DNA of 64,000 nt from a virus, in the IMG/VR virus record IMGVR_UViG_3300035698_008372, positions 64,001 through 128,000 of that record; one strand, given 5' to 3'. Below are positions 30,553-42,127 of this stretch, in pieces. The position numbers and the translations under genes are program-made. Each line of letters starts with the position of its first letter. Within the stretch, counting starts at the first letter, position 1. The notes under the pieces are model-generated. The model was not told where the DNA came from, ran no database searches, and was given only the letters and a program-made list of their open reading frames with translations.

Positions 30553-32148
30553 ATGGCTGACAAAGTTATAAAGAATTGAAATGTCGGAGACATAAGAAAC
30601 GGGACAGAGGTTTTAGCACCAGAACAGAGAAAAACACTATTAATATTATCGGATGATCTGAGAATGTCGTCTGGGGTAGGGACAATGACTAGAGAAATAA
30701 CTATGGGTATTTGCCATAGATTTAATATCGTTCAAGTTGGTGGAGCTATAAACCATCCAGATAAAAATAAAGTGATTGATTTAAATCAAAGCTTTCAAGA
30801 CGGAACGGGTGTCCCAGAGGCACATTGCAAGGTGTATCCAGTTGATGGATATGGAAATTCGGATGTCGTTAGACAAATAATGAATACTGACAAACCCGAT
30901 GCCATACTACACTTCACAGACCCTAGATTTTGGGGTTGGTTGTATCAAATGGAACATGAGATTCGTCAGAATATTCCAATTTTTTACTACGCTTTGTGGG
31001 ATGATTTGCCAGTACCAATGTACAATAAAAGATTTTATGAATCATGTGACTTGATTATGTCAATTTCAAAACAATCACATTACATCCATAGATCGGCATT
31101 AATGGAAACTGACACCAAAATAATTGACATGACCATAAATGAGGTACTAAATGAATATCCAGACGGAAACAATATGGAGACCAGAGTTAGTTATGTTCCG
31201 CATGGTATCAATGAAAATGAATTCTATCCCATAGAAGAGGGTCATCCGGAATGGGATGATATGAGGAAATTTAGGAGTGAAGTCACTACAGGGACTCTTG
31301 GAAATATCGAATTTATATTCCTATACAATAGTAGAAATATTAGAAGAAAAATGACAACCGATTTGATATATGCATTTAAAGTATTTTGTGACGCTCTGCC
31401 CCAAGGTGAAGCCGACAAATGCTTATTGTTATTACATACACAGCCGGTTGACGAAAACGGAACGGATTTGCCAGCTGTAATCAGTGAATTGGTCGATAAC
31501 TATAATATCGTTTTTTCACATCAAAAATTAGATACTAAGCACATGAACTACCTATATAATATATCGGATGTCACTGCACTAATTTCTTCAAATGAAGGAT
31601 TTGGATTGGGCACAGCTGAATCATTAATGGCGGGTACTCCAATTCTGGTTAATACCACTGGAGGACTTCAAGATCAAGTTGGGTTCAAAAGAGAAGATGG
31701 TGAATATGTCGGAGTAGAAGATTATAGAGATGGTTGGGGTTCCAATCATGATGGTCGATATACTGAGCACGCGGAATGGTGTAAACCAGTCTGGCCTGTT
31801 AGTAGGGCTATAGTGGGTTCGGTTCCAACTCCATATATTGCAGACGACCGATGTGATTGGCAAGATGTGGCAATCAGAATGTTGGAATGGTATGGCACAC
31901 CAATAGACGACCGCAAAGCTTCTGGGAAGTCTGGTCGTGAGTGGTTACTTTCAGAAAAGACGGGGATGTCTGCTTCAGAAATGGCTCGACGATTTGTGGT
32001 TCACATGGATGAAACTTTTGAAAATTGGATGCCGAGAAAGAGGTTTTCAATGATTAAAGTTGAAATGCCGGAAAAAGTTATGAAGGAAAATGGCTTGAAA
32101 CTCACCAAAAAAATTGAACATGGAAATGTTTACATACCAAATAAATAG
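30553..32148 (+). CDS. GT-B (GT4-like) glycosyltransferase (UGA at 30577)
   Basis: SD GGAGG + ATG 30553; LLILSDDLRMSSGVG lies upstream of the track start; RNIRRK, NEGFGLGTAE. Confidence 0.88.
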
Positions 32149-32162
32149 GAATAGGAAAAATT

Positions 32163-33518
32163 ATGCCAATACCAGAAAATAAAGTAATGTTAGTTTTTAT
32201 GGCCCCAGTGGCCACAAGATCAGGTTATGGTTCCCATTCTAGGGATATTATCAGGTCTATTATCAAAATGGACAAATTCGATGTTAGAATTCTGCCCACC
32301 AGATGGGGTGAAACTCCACAGGATGCGTTGGATTATCTCAATCCGGATGACAGGATAATCATAGATAGGTTGCTCCCTGAGCCCAAATTGGACAGACAAC
32401 CAGAGATATTCATGCAGTGTACAGTGCCAAATGAATTTCAGGCACCCGGTAAATATAATATCGGTATCACGGCTGGTGTCGAAACTACCATTTGTCCTCC
32501 AGAATGGATAGATGGAATGAATAGAATGGATATGAATATTGTACCTTCAAAATTCGTTAAGGATATGTTTGAGAGCCTGAAATTTACGGAGAAGAATGAA
32601 CAGGGTCAACCAGTAAGAGAAATCAAAATGGAAAAACCCATTGAAGTATTGTTCGAAGGAGCAGATACTAAAATCTATAAAAAGACCAGTGATTTCAGCA
32701 GTGAATTAAAAGAGGAAATGTCTCTTGTAAAAGAATCATTTGCATTTTTATTTGTGGGGCATTGGTTGCAGGGTGGACTTGGCAAGGATCGAAAGGATGT
32801 TGGAATGTTAGTTAGGATGTTTCTTGAGACATTCAAAAATAAGGCTAAATCGCCCGCACTTATAATGAAAACCAGTGGGTCTAGTTTTTCGGTGTTGGAT
32901 AGGGAAAACATGCTGGCCATGATTAATCAAATCAAACAATCATTGGGTAACCATAAATGGCCAAATATCTATGTGATGCATGGAGATTTGACTGACAATG
33001 AAATGAATGAATTGTATAATCATCCGAAGGTTAAGGCTCACGTAACATTCACTCATGGTGAAGGATTCGGCCGACCATTACTTGAAGCGGTGTTTAGTGA
33101 AAAGCCAATTATCGCTCCGAAATGGTCTGGGCACTTGGATTTCTTGAATCCAAAATATGTTACATTGTTACCAGGTGGACTTACTGCCGTGGATAAAAAC
33201 TCACTACAAAAGGGGTTGGTTGTCGATGGTGCAAAATGGTTCACAGTGGATTATGGTCACGCTGGCAAGGTATTGAAGGATGTGTTTGATAGTTATAAGA
33301 AATATACCCAAAATACAAAAATATTGGCGATGGCAAATAAAACCAAATTTTCTATAGAAGCGATGGATGCGGAGTTTTTGAAAATTTTGGATACACATCT
33401 TCCAGAATTCCCAAAATTGGTGGACAATCTCAAGCTCCCCAAATTGAAGAAAACGGGTGGCACTGTACCTAAAATGAAATTCCCCACATTAAAAAAATCA
33501 AGTAAACTTACTAAATAG
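32163..33518 (+). CDS. GT-B (GT4-like) glycosyltransferase
   Basis: RSGYGSHSR, FVGHW..RKDV, GEGFGRPLLEA. Confidence 0.88.
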   Translation: MPIPENKVMLVFMAPVATRSGYGSHSRDIIRSIIKMDKFDVRILPTRWGETPQDALDYLNPDDRIIIDRLLPEPKLDRQPEIFMQCTVPNEFQAPGKYNIGITAGVETTICPPEWIDGMNRMDMNIVPSKFVKDMFESLKFTEKNEQGQPVREIKMEKPIEVLFEGADTKIYKKTSDFSSELKEEMSLVKESFAFLFVGHWLQGGLGKDRKDVGMLVRMFLETFKNKAKSPALIMKTSGSSFSVLDRENMLAMINQIKQSLGNHKWPNIYVMHGDLTDNEMNELYNHPKVKAHVTFTHGEGFGRPLLEAVFSEKPIIAPKWSGHLDFLNPKYVTLLPGGLTAVDKNSLQKGLVVDGAKWFTVDYGHAGKVLKDVFDSYKKYTQNTKILAMANKTKFSIEAMDAEFLKILDTHLPEFPKLVDNLKLPKLKKTGGTVPKMKFPTLKKSSKLTK

Positions 33519-33696
33519 AAAAGGGGTAAATCATGAAAAATGATTGGCTGGTTGTAAAAAATGAAAAGGGTGAATTGGTAAAAATCAATGTCGAACCCGA
33601 AATATACAAATATGTTACACAATTGGAATACGCAATTAAATTCCCGATTAGGAGCAAGATTGCGGAATTGTATCCCGATAGATTTGGAGGGGAATA

Positions 33697-33993
33697 GTGT
33701 CCGATGTAATGACTGGAACATACGAAGAACTGAGGCATTGGTGATACGACGTAATGAAAATTATACCAAGAAATCAGAATATGGATTATGATAAATATCC
33801 ATATAGGGAATTGACTGACAAAATGACATTCAAAGATCAGGTCGACGCTGGAATAGGCGCGTGTAGGAAACTTGATCAAGACCCCGAATTTGCGTTGTAC
33901 TATATGAAATATGATAGGCGGTCAAAAAAGAATGCAGATGAAATTGATGAGATAGAACTGATAGTTATAAACCAACGTGTAAAAATAATATAG
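33697..33993 (+). CDS. hypothetical protein (UGA at 33742)
   Basis: SD GGAGGGG + GTG 33697 in frame with the 33754 ORF. Confidence 0.5.
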
Positions 33994-34049
33994 GAAAAAA
34001 TAATATCTTTTTTTATCTTTTTTGATACTTATTATAAAAGGAGATTACA

Positions 34050-34199
34050 ATGGATAAGAAAAATTTAAAAATTGATTCGAATGTGCACAATAAATTAAAA
34101 GAATATTGTGATAATAATTTTTTGAAAATGAGTGAATGGGCGTCTAATATTATTTTAAATCATATATTGGAATTGGAAAAAAATGATGGGAAAAACTAA
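34050..34199 (+). CDS. small RHH/CopG-like DNA-binding protein
   Basis: KNLKIDSNVHNKLKEYCDNNFLKMSEW; SD AAGGAG. Confidence 0.6.
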   Translation: MDKKNLKIDSNVHNKLKEYCDNNFLKMSEWASNIILNHILELEKNDGKN

Positions 34200-34216
34200 G
34201 AATAAAGGAGTTATGA

Positions 34217-34699
34217 ATGAGTAAAAATGAAAATTATGAAGGTGAAAGGGTCATTACCTGCCCCATCTGTTTTAATGATGAAAAATGTTTTGAGGATATG
34301 CATGGTGATTTTTCATCGTATTTGTGCTTCAGATGTGGATACACAAGCAATTCACACTACACCAAAGATTCTGCCGAGAGAGCCAAACACATAGGTAACA
34401 CCCCCGAACTTATAAAGGGTCTGGAATTTTTTGATAACGAGCGAGAGCTCTATTGGTATCCTAGTGTACTTAATATGGGCACTAAGGGTATCATATTTCC
34501 GGAGGGAAAAGAAGATAATTGGGTATGGAAATATGCCAAAGTAATTGATATTCCAGAAGATGAGAAAAAGGATTACCCTGTCCCTGGAAAAGATGGTGAA
34601 TTTTATGACACCAAATTGGATGTAGATGGAGCCGAATCGTTTGACAAATATGATTTCTTGTCAGCGGTTAAAGGCATGGGCATCACTGTGGACTTATAA
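34217..34699 (+). CDS. Zn-finger hypothetical protein
   Basis: CPIC...LCFRCGY. Confidence 0.65.
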   Translation: MSKNENYEGERVITCPICFNDEKCFEDMHGDFSSYLCFRCGYTSNSHYTKDSAERAKHIGNTPELIKGLEFFDNERELYWYPSVLNMGTKGIIFPEGKEDNWVWKYAKVIDIPEDEKKDYPVPGKDGEFYDTKLDVDGAESFDKYDFLSAVKGMGITVDL

Positions 34700-35155
34700 G
34701 ATGGCTGAAGAGAGAATCAAAATAAGCTGGAATGAAATCGAACCGGGGATGATTTTATCATTCGTATATGGTGAGGGTGCCAGAAAGAAATGGCGTACTT
34801 GTATGGTACTAACCGACCCATTAGATTCTAGGGCTTGGCTCACGCGCAAGGATGGATCAAAAAACAAAGTGGTACATACGCTCCAGCTAAGAAAACAACA
34901 AAAATTACAATTACGTGGGACCAAGCTCAGAAGAGTATTGAATCATTTTGGCGGTGTTATCCGTGAGGAAATGGAAGGATTCAGACACAACCGCATGATT
35001 ATTGGTGACATCAAAAACTCATACCCAATGCTCAGTCCGATGCTCAAAGGTACTGATGTATATAGGATATTGGAAGTAGATAAACTAAAGACTACAGCGT
35101 TGTATCTTATAGATTATAAATTTCCAAGAGACATTAAAATACAAAGGAGATACTA

Positions 35156-35779
35156 ATGATATCATTTTCAATTTTATCACATAATGAAGGTGAAGATTTA
35201 GGTAAATTATTACATCAGATTGCCACCAAAAGTGATTTGGATTATGAGTTTGAAATTGTCATAGTGGATGATTTTAGCACAGATAGTAGGACAATGGAAA
35301 TATTAGAAGAATATGGTAATGTGGATAATGTGCATGTATTCCAAAGGAAATTGGATATGGATTTTGCCGGACAGAAGAATTTTGCCAATTCAAAATGTGT
35401 GGGAGAATACATATTTTCAGTCGATGCCGATGAATATTTCCCTGACAATCTTATTGCAAATCTGTATGAATTGGTTAAAATGAATGGTGATATTGATTTA
35501 ATGTGAGTCCCCAGGATTAATCTTGTGGGGGGTATTACAAAAGAACATATTGCCAAATGGGGTTGGAATGTGAATGCACAGGGTTGAATAAATTTTCCCG
35601 ATTATCAGGCCCGCCTTTTTAAGAATTCTCCAGACATAAAATGGAAAAATAAGGTTCACGAAGTTATCGAGGGCGCGATGACTATAAGCCGACTACCAAC
35701 GGAACAAGATTGGTGTTTGGTACATAACAAACATATAGATAAACAAGAAAAACAGAATGAATTTTATGAGACCATTTAA
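35156..35779 (+). CDS. GT2 glycosyltransferase (UGA at 35504, 35585)
   Basis: IVDDFSTD, FAGQKN, VDADE, LM*VPRIN, QG*INFPDYQARL, WKNKVHE. Confidence 0.88.
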
Positions 35780-35913
35780 TGAAAATTGTTATAATAGCTC
35801 CGAAAATACAAGAATGGGTGGACATGGATACAGTGGCAGCGGCAAATTGGTTAATTGAAAATAATAAACAAAATGAAGATTATAAAAATTTTACATTGGA
35901 AAAGAGTTAAAAT

Positions 35914-37062
35914 ATGGATATTAGAAAATGCCCATTAAAAGTATTAGGACCTCATGGTGATGAGTCGGATGTTCAAGCTTTAAGGGAAGTTATTGAAAGT
36001 GGTTGGTGGGGTAAAGGCCCCAAGGTTGAAGAATTTGAACACGATTTTGCAAAAATGGTTGGGTCAAAACACGCCATAGCGGTTACTAGTAATTCACATG
36101 GTCAAGACTTAATTATGAAAGCCATGGGATTCAATGGCATTGATGTTATCAATCCAACGATTTCATTTGTAGCTACAGCCGAAATACCATTATGGAATAA
36201 TTGTACATCGAATATAGTCGATGTTGATCCAATTAATATGAATATAACGGCCGAAGAGGTTGACAAATGGAAAACCCAAGATACCGAATTGGTGATTGCC
36301 GTAAATATGGCCGGAGTTCCAGCTCCCATAGAGGAAATTAGGAAGGTGTATGGTGGATTCATCATTGAAGATTGTGCCCATAGTTGTTATACTCCAGGTG
36401 CTGGAATGTTGGGTGATGTGGCCGTTTGGTCATTTCAGGCTGTTAAGACAATGCCTATAGGTGATGGTGGCATGATAACATTAAACGATGATGCATTGGC
36501 CAAAAAAATGAGAGAAATGTTGTGGTTCGGTGTTACGTCGACGTGGAGTAGATCAGCCGATTCTACAGGGACAAGACCTGGTTATGCTTGGGATTACAAT
36601 GTTGATAAATTGGGATATAAATATTATATGACTGATTTGTATGCGGCACTTGGATTATCACAAATGAAAAAGCTTCCCAGATTTTTAGATACTAGGAGAC
36701 ACATCCAAGAGAGATACAATTCAGAATTAAATTCCACAATTCAAAAGCCCCCATATAGTGACACAGTTCAATATTATTGTATGAAATTGGAAGATAAAAG
36801 AAATTATGCTCCAGATGCATCGGGATATTCTGGTAAAAGCCGCGACGATTTAATAGGTTATTTGGCGGATAAAAAAATCCATACATCTGTGCACTTCAAA
36901 CCATTGCACCAATACGATTTGTTAAAAATGGATAGGGAATTCCCAGTAGCTGATGCTGAATGGGTTAAATTAATTTCACTGCCATGCCATAATGGGATGA
37001 CTGACGATGATATTGATTATGTCATATATTGGGTAAATAAATTTATCGAAGAGGAATATTAA
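35914..37062 (+). CDS. DegT/DnrJ/EryC1 sugar aminotransferase
   Basis: GPKVEEFE, IEDCAHS, SFQAVK.MPIGDGG, ISLPCH. Confidence 0.93.
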   Translation: MDIRKCPLKVLGPHGDESDVQALREVIESGWWGKGPKVEEFEHDFAKMVGSKHAIAVTSNSHGQDLIMKAMGFNGIDVINPTISFVATAEIPLWNNCTSNIVDVDPINMNITAEEVDKWKTQDTELVIAVNMAGVPAPIEEIRKVYGGFIIEDCAHSCYTPGAGMLGDVAVWSFQAVKTMPIGDGGMITLNDDALAKKMREMLWFGVTSTWSRSADSTGTRPGYAWDYNVDKLGYKYYMTDLYAALGLSQMKKLPRFLDTRRHIQERYNSELNSTIQKPPYSDTVQYYCMKLEDKRNYAPDASGYSGKSRDDLIGYLADKKIHTSVHFKPLHQYDLLKMDREFPVADAEWVKLISLPCHNGMTDDDIDYVIYWVNKFIEEEY

Positions 37063-37063
37063 A

Positions 37064-37843
37064 ATGAAGCGATTAATATTGGGAGATGGATTACTTGGTT
37101 CTGAAATCGCGAAACTCACTGGGTGGGATTATATTAGTAGAAAAAAGGATGGACTTGATTTTGCAGATATTAATACTTATTCTGAAATTTTAAATGGGTA
37201 TGACGATGTAATAAATTGTATAGCTCATTGCAATACTTATGATGAAAATATTGATATTCATTGGAATGTCAATTATAAGGGTGTTGTGAACTTGGTTGAT
37301 TATATTATGAATAAGGGGATTAAATTGGTACACATATCCACAGATTATATTTATTCAAATTCACAATCAAATGCATCCGAAACAAGTGTTCCAGTACATT
37401 GTGAAAATTGGTATGGTTATACCAAATTGTTATCAGACGCGTATGTGCAACTTAAAATGCCCAACTATCTATTAATTAGGGGGACACATAAAGAAACTCC
37501 ATTTGAATATAATGGGGCGTATATAAATCAAATAGGCAATTTTGATTATATTGATGTTGTAGCTAAGATGATAGTGGATTTGATAACAGCTGAAGAAACT
37601 GGCATTTACAACGTGGGAACGGAATTGAAAACCATGTATGATTTGGCTAAAAAAACGAAATCGAATGTAATGCCAATAAATGAGAAATTTCATCATACCA
37701 TGCCATCCGATGTTAGCATGGATTTAACTAAATTGAATAATTTTTTGGACGACAATAAAAAACTAACAATTCTACTAAGTGTTGTCATGTTATATCATTC
37801 TGAGGCGGATGAAGGAGAAAATCAACGGGCGGGTGACTTTTAG
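37064..37843 (+). CDS. RmlD-like NDP-sugar reductase (probably continues by -1 shift near 37760)
   Basis: LGDGLLG, INCIA, HISTDYIY, YGYTKL. Confidence 0.85.
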   Translation: MKRLILGDGLLGSEIAKLTGWDYISRKKDGLDFADINTYSEILNGYDDVINCIAHCNTYDENIDIHWNVNYKGVVNLVDYIMNKGIKLVHISTDYIYSNSQSNASETSVPVHCENWYGYTKLLSDAYVQLKMPNYLLIRGTHKETPFEYNGAYINQIGNFDYIDVVAKMIVDLITAEETGIYNVGTELKTMYDLAKKTKSNVMPINEKFHHTMPSDVSMDLTKLNNFLDDNKKLTILLSVVMLYHSEADEGENQRAGDF

Positions 37844-38529
37844 AATCACTTAAATTATTAAAATATATTGATAAAATCCATAAATCAGTCGATGGGGGAA
37901 TTAATTTTGATATTATTATAGTTAATAATATTTCTGAAAATACTCTTACAAATGATCTTTTGTCTGAAATGGATAATCAATCCACTAAAAATGGCAAAAT
38001 TATAGTTGTTTCCAGAGAAAATATTGGAATTTCGTTTGGTGGATTTAATTACGCGTTTCAAAAATTTAAAGATGATTATGATTACTGATTTTTCACGGAA
38101 GATGATATTATTTTGAATAAGCCCATGTGGTATAAAGACGCTTATGATGAATTAAATAAAAATATGGATTCTGATAATAATATTGCATATATTACTCCCA
38201 ATGGCATTAATAGGGATCACAGTAGTAACCATGTGCTTAACGGGTGTGGTTTGACTCATAAAAAATTTTTAGATGAAATTTGTTTGATTAATAATGGGGA
38301 GTTGCCGCATGGGAAATTCAAGGGGAAGGACGGGTTTGTCCCAGATAAATGGGTTGCTATTAATACCGAAATAGAATTTACCAACATATTGATTAGAATG
38401 GGATATGACTTTAAGGATATTTTATATGACAATGAGAAAAAAACCAGATATTCAGATTCTTGGTACACTGCTGTAAATAAAATTGGAATACGTGGAGGAA
38501 ACCATGGGCAAAAAGATAATTATAAATAA
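37759..38529 (+). CDS. GT-A-like domain with 4 UGA, no own start codon
   Basis: Open frame after TAA 37756: CCHVISF*GG*RR...G*LL...FDIIIVNN...RENIGISFGGFNYAF...DY*FFTEDD; TGA at 37801, 37810, 37834, 38086. Confidence 0.7.
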
Positions 38530-39208
38530 TAAAATTGGATTTGTGTGCACTATTCATCAGAGTGATGCCCATAGACCAAATGGGTTTGAATTATTTAACA
38601 ATTTTGTGGAATCATTGTATCAATCTTGTGAATACCCATTCATGCTATATGTATTTGACAATGGGTCTACAGATAAATTTGAAATTGAAAATGATGTTGA
38701 TAATATGAAAATTATTAGGGTTGATGATCAATATGCTAGGGGGGTAACTGGAACTTGGAATGATGGTATTAAATTGGGACTGGCCGATGGATGTGATGTG
38801 ATGATAATAACGGAAGATGATGAAATTATAGATAATTCTATCAATAATTTAATTAGTGTTGTATTGTCTCACCCACTTAATGATAATGCAATGTATGGTC
38901 CTGTTAGTAATGCACCAAATAATGGTCACCAATCAGCGTCCGAACCAACTGGAAAAATCTTTGAGATTGATGGTACTCCCACAAAAGAATTGAACGGATT
39001 TTGCATGGCCATGACCCGCAAAACTATCGAAGCCAATTATTATGATACCGACAACTTTTTTAGCACCGATTTTGAAAATGCGTGGGGTGGTCAGGACGTT
39101 GAAGTTCAATCGAGAGTTGGTCATTCAATTGTGGTGGGAACTTGTTATGTTCATCATATCAAACAAGGTGGTTGGAGAAAAATCAGGGATGGAAATTATG
39201 AAAAATAA
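38504..39208 (+). CDS. GT2-like glycosyltransferase
   Basis: VFDNGS, TWNDG, ITEDD, VHH. Confidence 0.7.
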   Translation: MGKKIIINNKIGFVCTIHQSDAHRPNGFELFNNFVESLYQSCEYPFMLYVFDNGSTDKFEIENDVDNMKIIRVDDQYARGVTGTWNDGIKLGLADGCDVMIITEDDEIIDNSINNLISVVLSHPLNDNAMYGPVSNAPNNGHQSASEPTGKIFEIDGTPTKELNGFCMAMTRKTIEANYYDTDNFFSTDFENAWGGQDVEVQSRVGHSIVVGTCYVHHIKQGGWRKIRDGNYEK

Positions 39209-39914
39209 TAAAGTTATATATACGGCCATCATCGGCGGGTATGATAAGTTGATAGAGCCCAAATTTAAACCCAATGGTTGGGATTTCGTGTGTTTCACTG
39301 ACAGGGAATTGGAATCTGATACTTGGGAAATACGCAATACCTTGCCATTATATACAGACAATACTCGGACTGCGAGAAAACATAAATTATTAACACACAG
39401 GTATTTGCCGGAATATGATTTCAGCTTGTGGGTTGATGGTAATATAAATATTGTTGGCGATCCCATTGAACTATTGCCATATATAGATAATTGCAATTAT
39501 GCCACATACGATCATAATCAAAATATTCTCGATCCTAGAAAATGTATTTATGAAGAAGCTAGGGTGATATTGAATTTTGGTGATATCAATATGAAAAGAA
39601 ATCCTGAAAAAGGCATGGGCAATTACAAGGATAACCCCGATGCCATTAAAAAGCAAATGATAAAATTTAAGGAAGATGGATATCCAGAAAATAATGGTTT
39701 GGTGGTTCAAATGGAAGTCTTGAGGCGGCATAATGAAATGGATGTCATAGAAGCAATGGAATCTCAATGGGATATATTGAAATATTATAGTAAACGTGAA
39801 CAGTTGAGCTTTAACTATATAGCGTGGAAAAATCATTTGAGATTTGAATATATAGAAGGGGATTCCAGACTTAATAAATATTTTGTACATACTGGAAAGC
39901 ATGGTGGCAAATAA
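39198..39914 (+). CDS. DUF616-like glycosyltransferase
   Basis: VIYTAIIGGYD, VCFTD, ARKHKLLTH, WVDGN, REQLSFNY. Confidence 0.8.
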   Translation: MKNNKVIYTAIIGGYDKLIEPKFKPNGWDFVCFTDRELESDTWEIRNTLPLYTDNTRTARKHKLLTHRYLPEYDFSLWVDGNINIVGDPIELLPYIDNCNYATYDHNQNILDPRKCIYEEARVILNFGDINMKRNPEKGMGNYKDNPDAIKKQMIKFKEDGYPENNGLVVQMEVLRRHNEMDVIEAMESQWDILKYYSKREQLSFNYIAWKNHLRFEYIEGDSRLNKYFVHTGKHGGK

Positions 39915-40789
39915 TGATATTTTGGAGAATTATTGGAGATAAATTATATTCGACGGGTGAAGTGGAACAACTCGGATTTAATGAAAATGATGCATCTTAC
40001 ATACCAGATGAGTATCTGGAAAATGGTGAATTTGTAATATGTCGAACCGCCTTTGGTTTTGGTGATTGGTCAATAATATCGGCCATGCCGAGATTGTTAA
40101 AAGAAAAATACCCAAATTGTAAAGTGAATATCCCAACGGTGGAATGGTTTGAAAATACATTTGGTGATTTGAAATATAATTGGTCAAGTTGGTCAAATCC
40201 ATATCAAATGGCACACGCTGTGTTTGATAATAATCCCTATGTGGATGGATTTGTATATCCAAAAGATGGTGATATATTTCACGATCATTATAGAATTTAC
40301 AATGGGGAAGACACACCGCTAGTTAAACAGATATTGAAATTCTGGCAGTTTTCGGAAAATGAAATGATTGATAATCAACCAGAACTATATTGGAGTGATA
40401 AAGAACGGGAATTTGGAGATCGTATAATAGCAGAAAAGGTGGGCGATCTTCCCTTTGGGGGATTGCTGGTATCGGATAGATGTGATGAAACTGATATTGA
40501 ATTACTAAATGGGGCACTGCGTGATAATGTGTATCCATATTTTTATCTTACTCCCGAACCATTAAAAGGCGGGCATTTCAGTTATGTGAACCCGGCTATG
40601 GATTTGAGACACATGGATATCAGGATTCAATTATATATAAGGTCTAGAGCTAAATTGAATGTGGGCAATCAATGCGGGGTGTTGGACACACTACCTAGAT
40701 ACGCCGATGTATATTCAGTGCAACGCCAGTATCCTCTTGGCGGAAATTTTGTAGAGGGTGAAATTTATTTAAAAAAGGATAATCAATAA
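39914..40789 (+). CDS. GT9-like glycosyltransferase
   Basis: GFGD...SAMPRLLKEKYP, FDNNPYVD. Confidence 0.6.
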   Translation: MIFWRIIGDKLYSTGEVEQLGFNENDASYIPDEYLENGEFVICRTAFGFGDWSIISAMPRLLKEKYPNCKVNIPTVEWFENTFGDLKYNWSSWSNPYQMAHAVFDNNPYVDGFVYPKDGDIFHDHYRIYNGEDTPLVKQILKFWQFSENEMIDNQPELYWSDKEREFGDRIIAEKVGDLPFGGLLVSDRCDETDIELLNGALRDNVYPYFYLTPEPLKGGHFSYVNPAMDLRHMDIRIQLYIRSRAKLNVGNQCGVLDTLPRYADVYSVQRQYPLGGNFVEGEIYLKKDNQ

Positions 40790-41349
40790 TGGAAATTTTG
40801 GATTCAATACCAGACAAGAGAGAATATACAAATACAACTTCATTGAAATTTAAAGAAGATTTGATTGGATATTTTACAGAAAATAAAATGCATACCATTT
40901 TAGAAGTTGGGGCCGATCGCGGATATACGACAAGAATTCTCAGCTTTTTATTTGATAAGGTTATCTCATTTGAATTCAATGAAGAAAAACTTGAATTTGC
41001 AAGGAAATTAAATTCCGATAGGGATAACATACAATTTATTAATAAGGATGTGTATCGCAATGATTGGGAAGTGGGCCAATATGATGTGGTTTTTATAGAT
41101 TGTGATCATCAATATGATAGTGTGATTGCCGATACAATAAATGCTATCAAATGGGCGGACAGGGAATTGTTAATAATTTATGATGATTATGGTCACCCTA
41201 CCACTGGAGTTAAAAGGGCCGTGGATGATTTGTTGGAAAAAAATGATGGATTGTCATTGGTGAAATACATGGGTGAGGCTGAAGGGTCTGATTGCCGACC
41301 CGGATTGATATTAAAAGATTATGAAGGGGTCATGTGCAAATATGTCTAA
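40789..41349 (+). CDS. class I SAM methyltransferase
   Basis: ILEVGADRG, FIDCDHQY, IYDDY. Confidence 0.85.
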   Translation: MEILDSIPDKREYTNTTSLKFKEDLIGYFTENKMHTILEVGADRGYTTRILSFLFDKVISFEFNEEKLEFARKLNSDRDNIQFINKDVYRNDWEVGQYDVVFIDCDHQYDSVIADTINAIKWADRELLIIYDDYGHPTTGVKRAVDDLLEKNDGLSLVKYMGEAEGSDCRPGLILKDYEGVMCKYV

Positions 41350-42127
41350 TATAGTATTTATTCCAAATATAGATGTTGGTGATAATAGGAGCAACCCATA
41401 CTCCTATTCCATCAAAAGCTGGGAAAAGTGGTGTGCCAAACATGATTGTGAATTGGTTATTTTGGATCAGTTATTATTCCCCGTTGAAGAAATTAAAATT
41501 ACATGGCAGCGATGGTATGTGTTTGATATTCTTGAGGCCAATAATATGAAATTGGGTAAGGATGATCAGGTGGCACTAGTTGACGCTGATATGGTGGTAC
41601 ATCCAGATTGCCCCAACTTTTTTGAATATACGGATATGAAATGGGCTGGGGTATTGAACAACGGCTCTTATGAATGGGTTGTTAGGAGCATCAATGGGTA
41701 TGGTGATTTGATGTTTGACAATGACCGTATTCATCCTTGGGAATATATAAACAACGGGTTGGTCATATTCAATAATAAACACAAGAAATTCGTCAAATCC
41801 ATTACAGATTATTACTGGGATAATCAACCAGAAATTATTGCCAGTTATGATAAAATCAAGTGTAGCACTGACCAAACCATTATAAATTATTTGCGGGTTT
41901 TGGGTGGGATTGAAACTACTTATTTACAAGACAGATTCAACTTGCAGGATTTACATAGCAAGCAGTTATTGTACCATGACCCATCAAATTGGTGGGGTGA
42001 TTCAATAAGTAATTTATTACAATCTGGATATGTATTTCATATAAACGCTATACCTTCAAATAGATTGAATAGGACAGCCGGATACTGGATTAAACGGTTA
42101 TACAAGGAGATGTACCCCAATGATTAA
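41342..42127 (+). CDS. GT8-like glycosyltransferase
   Basis: LVDAD, YINNG, DQT..NY. Confidence 0.7.
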   Translation: MSNIVFIPNIDVGDNRSNPYSYSIKSWEKWCAKHDCELVILDQLLFPVEEIKITWQRWYVFDILEANNMKLGKDDQVALVDADMVVHPDCPNFFEYTDMKWAGVLNNGSYEWVVRSINGYGDLMFDNDRIHPWEYINNGLVIFNNKHKKFVKSITDYYWDNQPEIIASYDKIKCSTDQTIINYLRVLGGIETTYLQDRFNLQDLHSKQLLYHDPSNWWGDSISNLLQSGYVFHINAIPSNRLNRTAGYWIKRLYKEMYPND

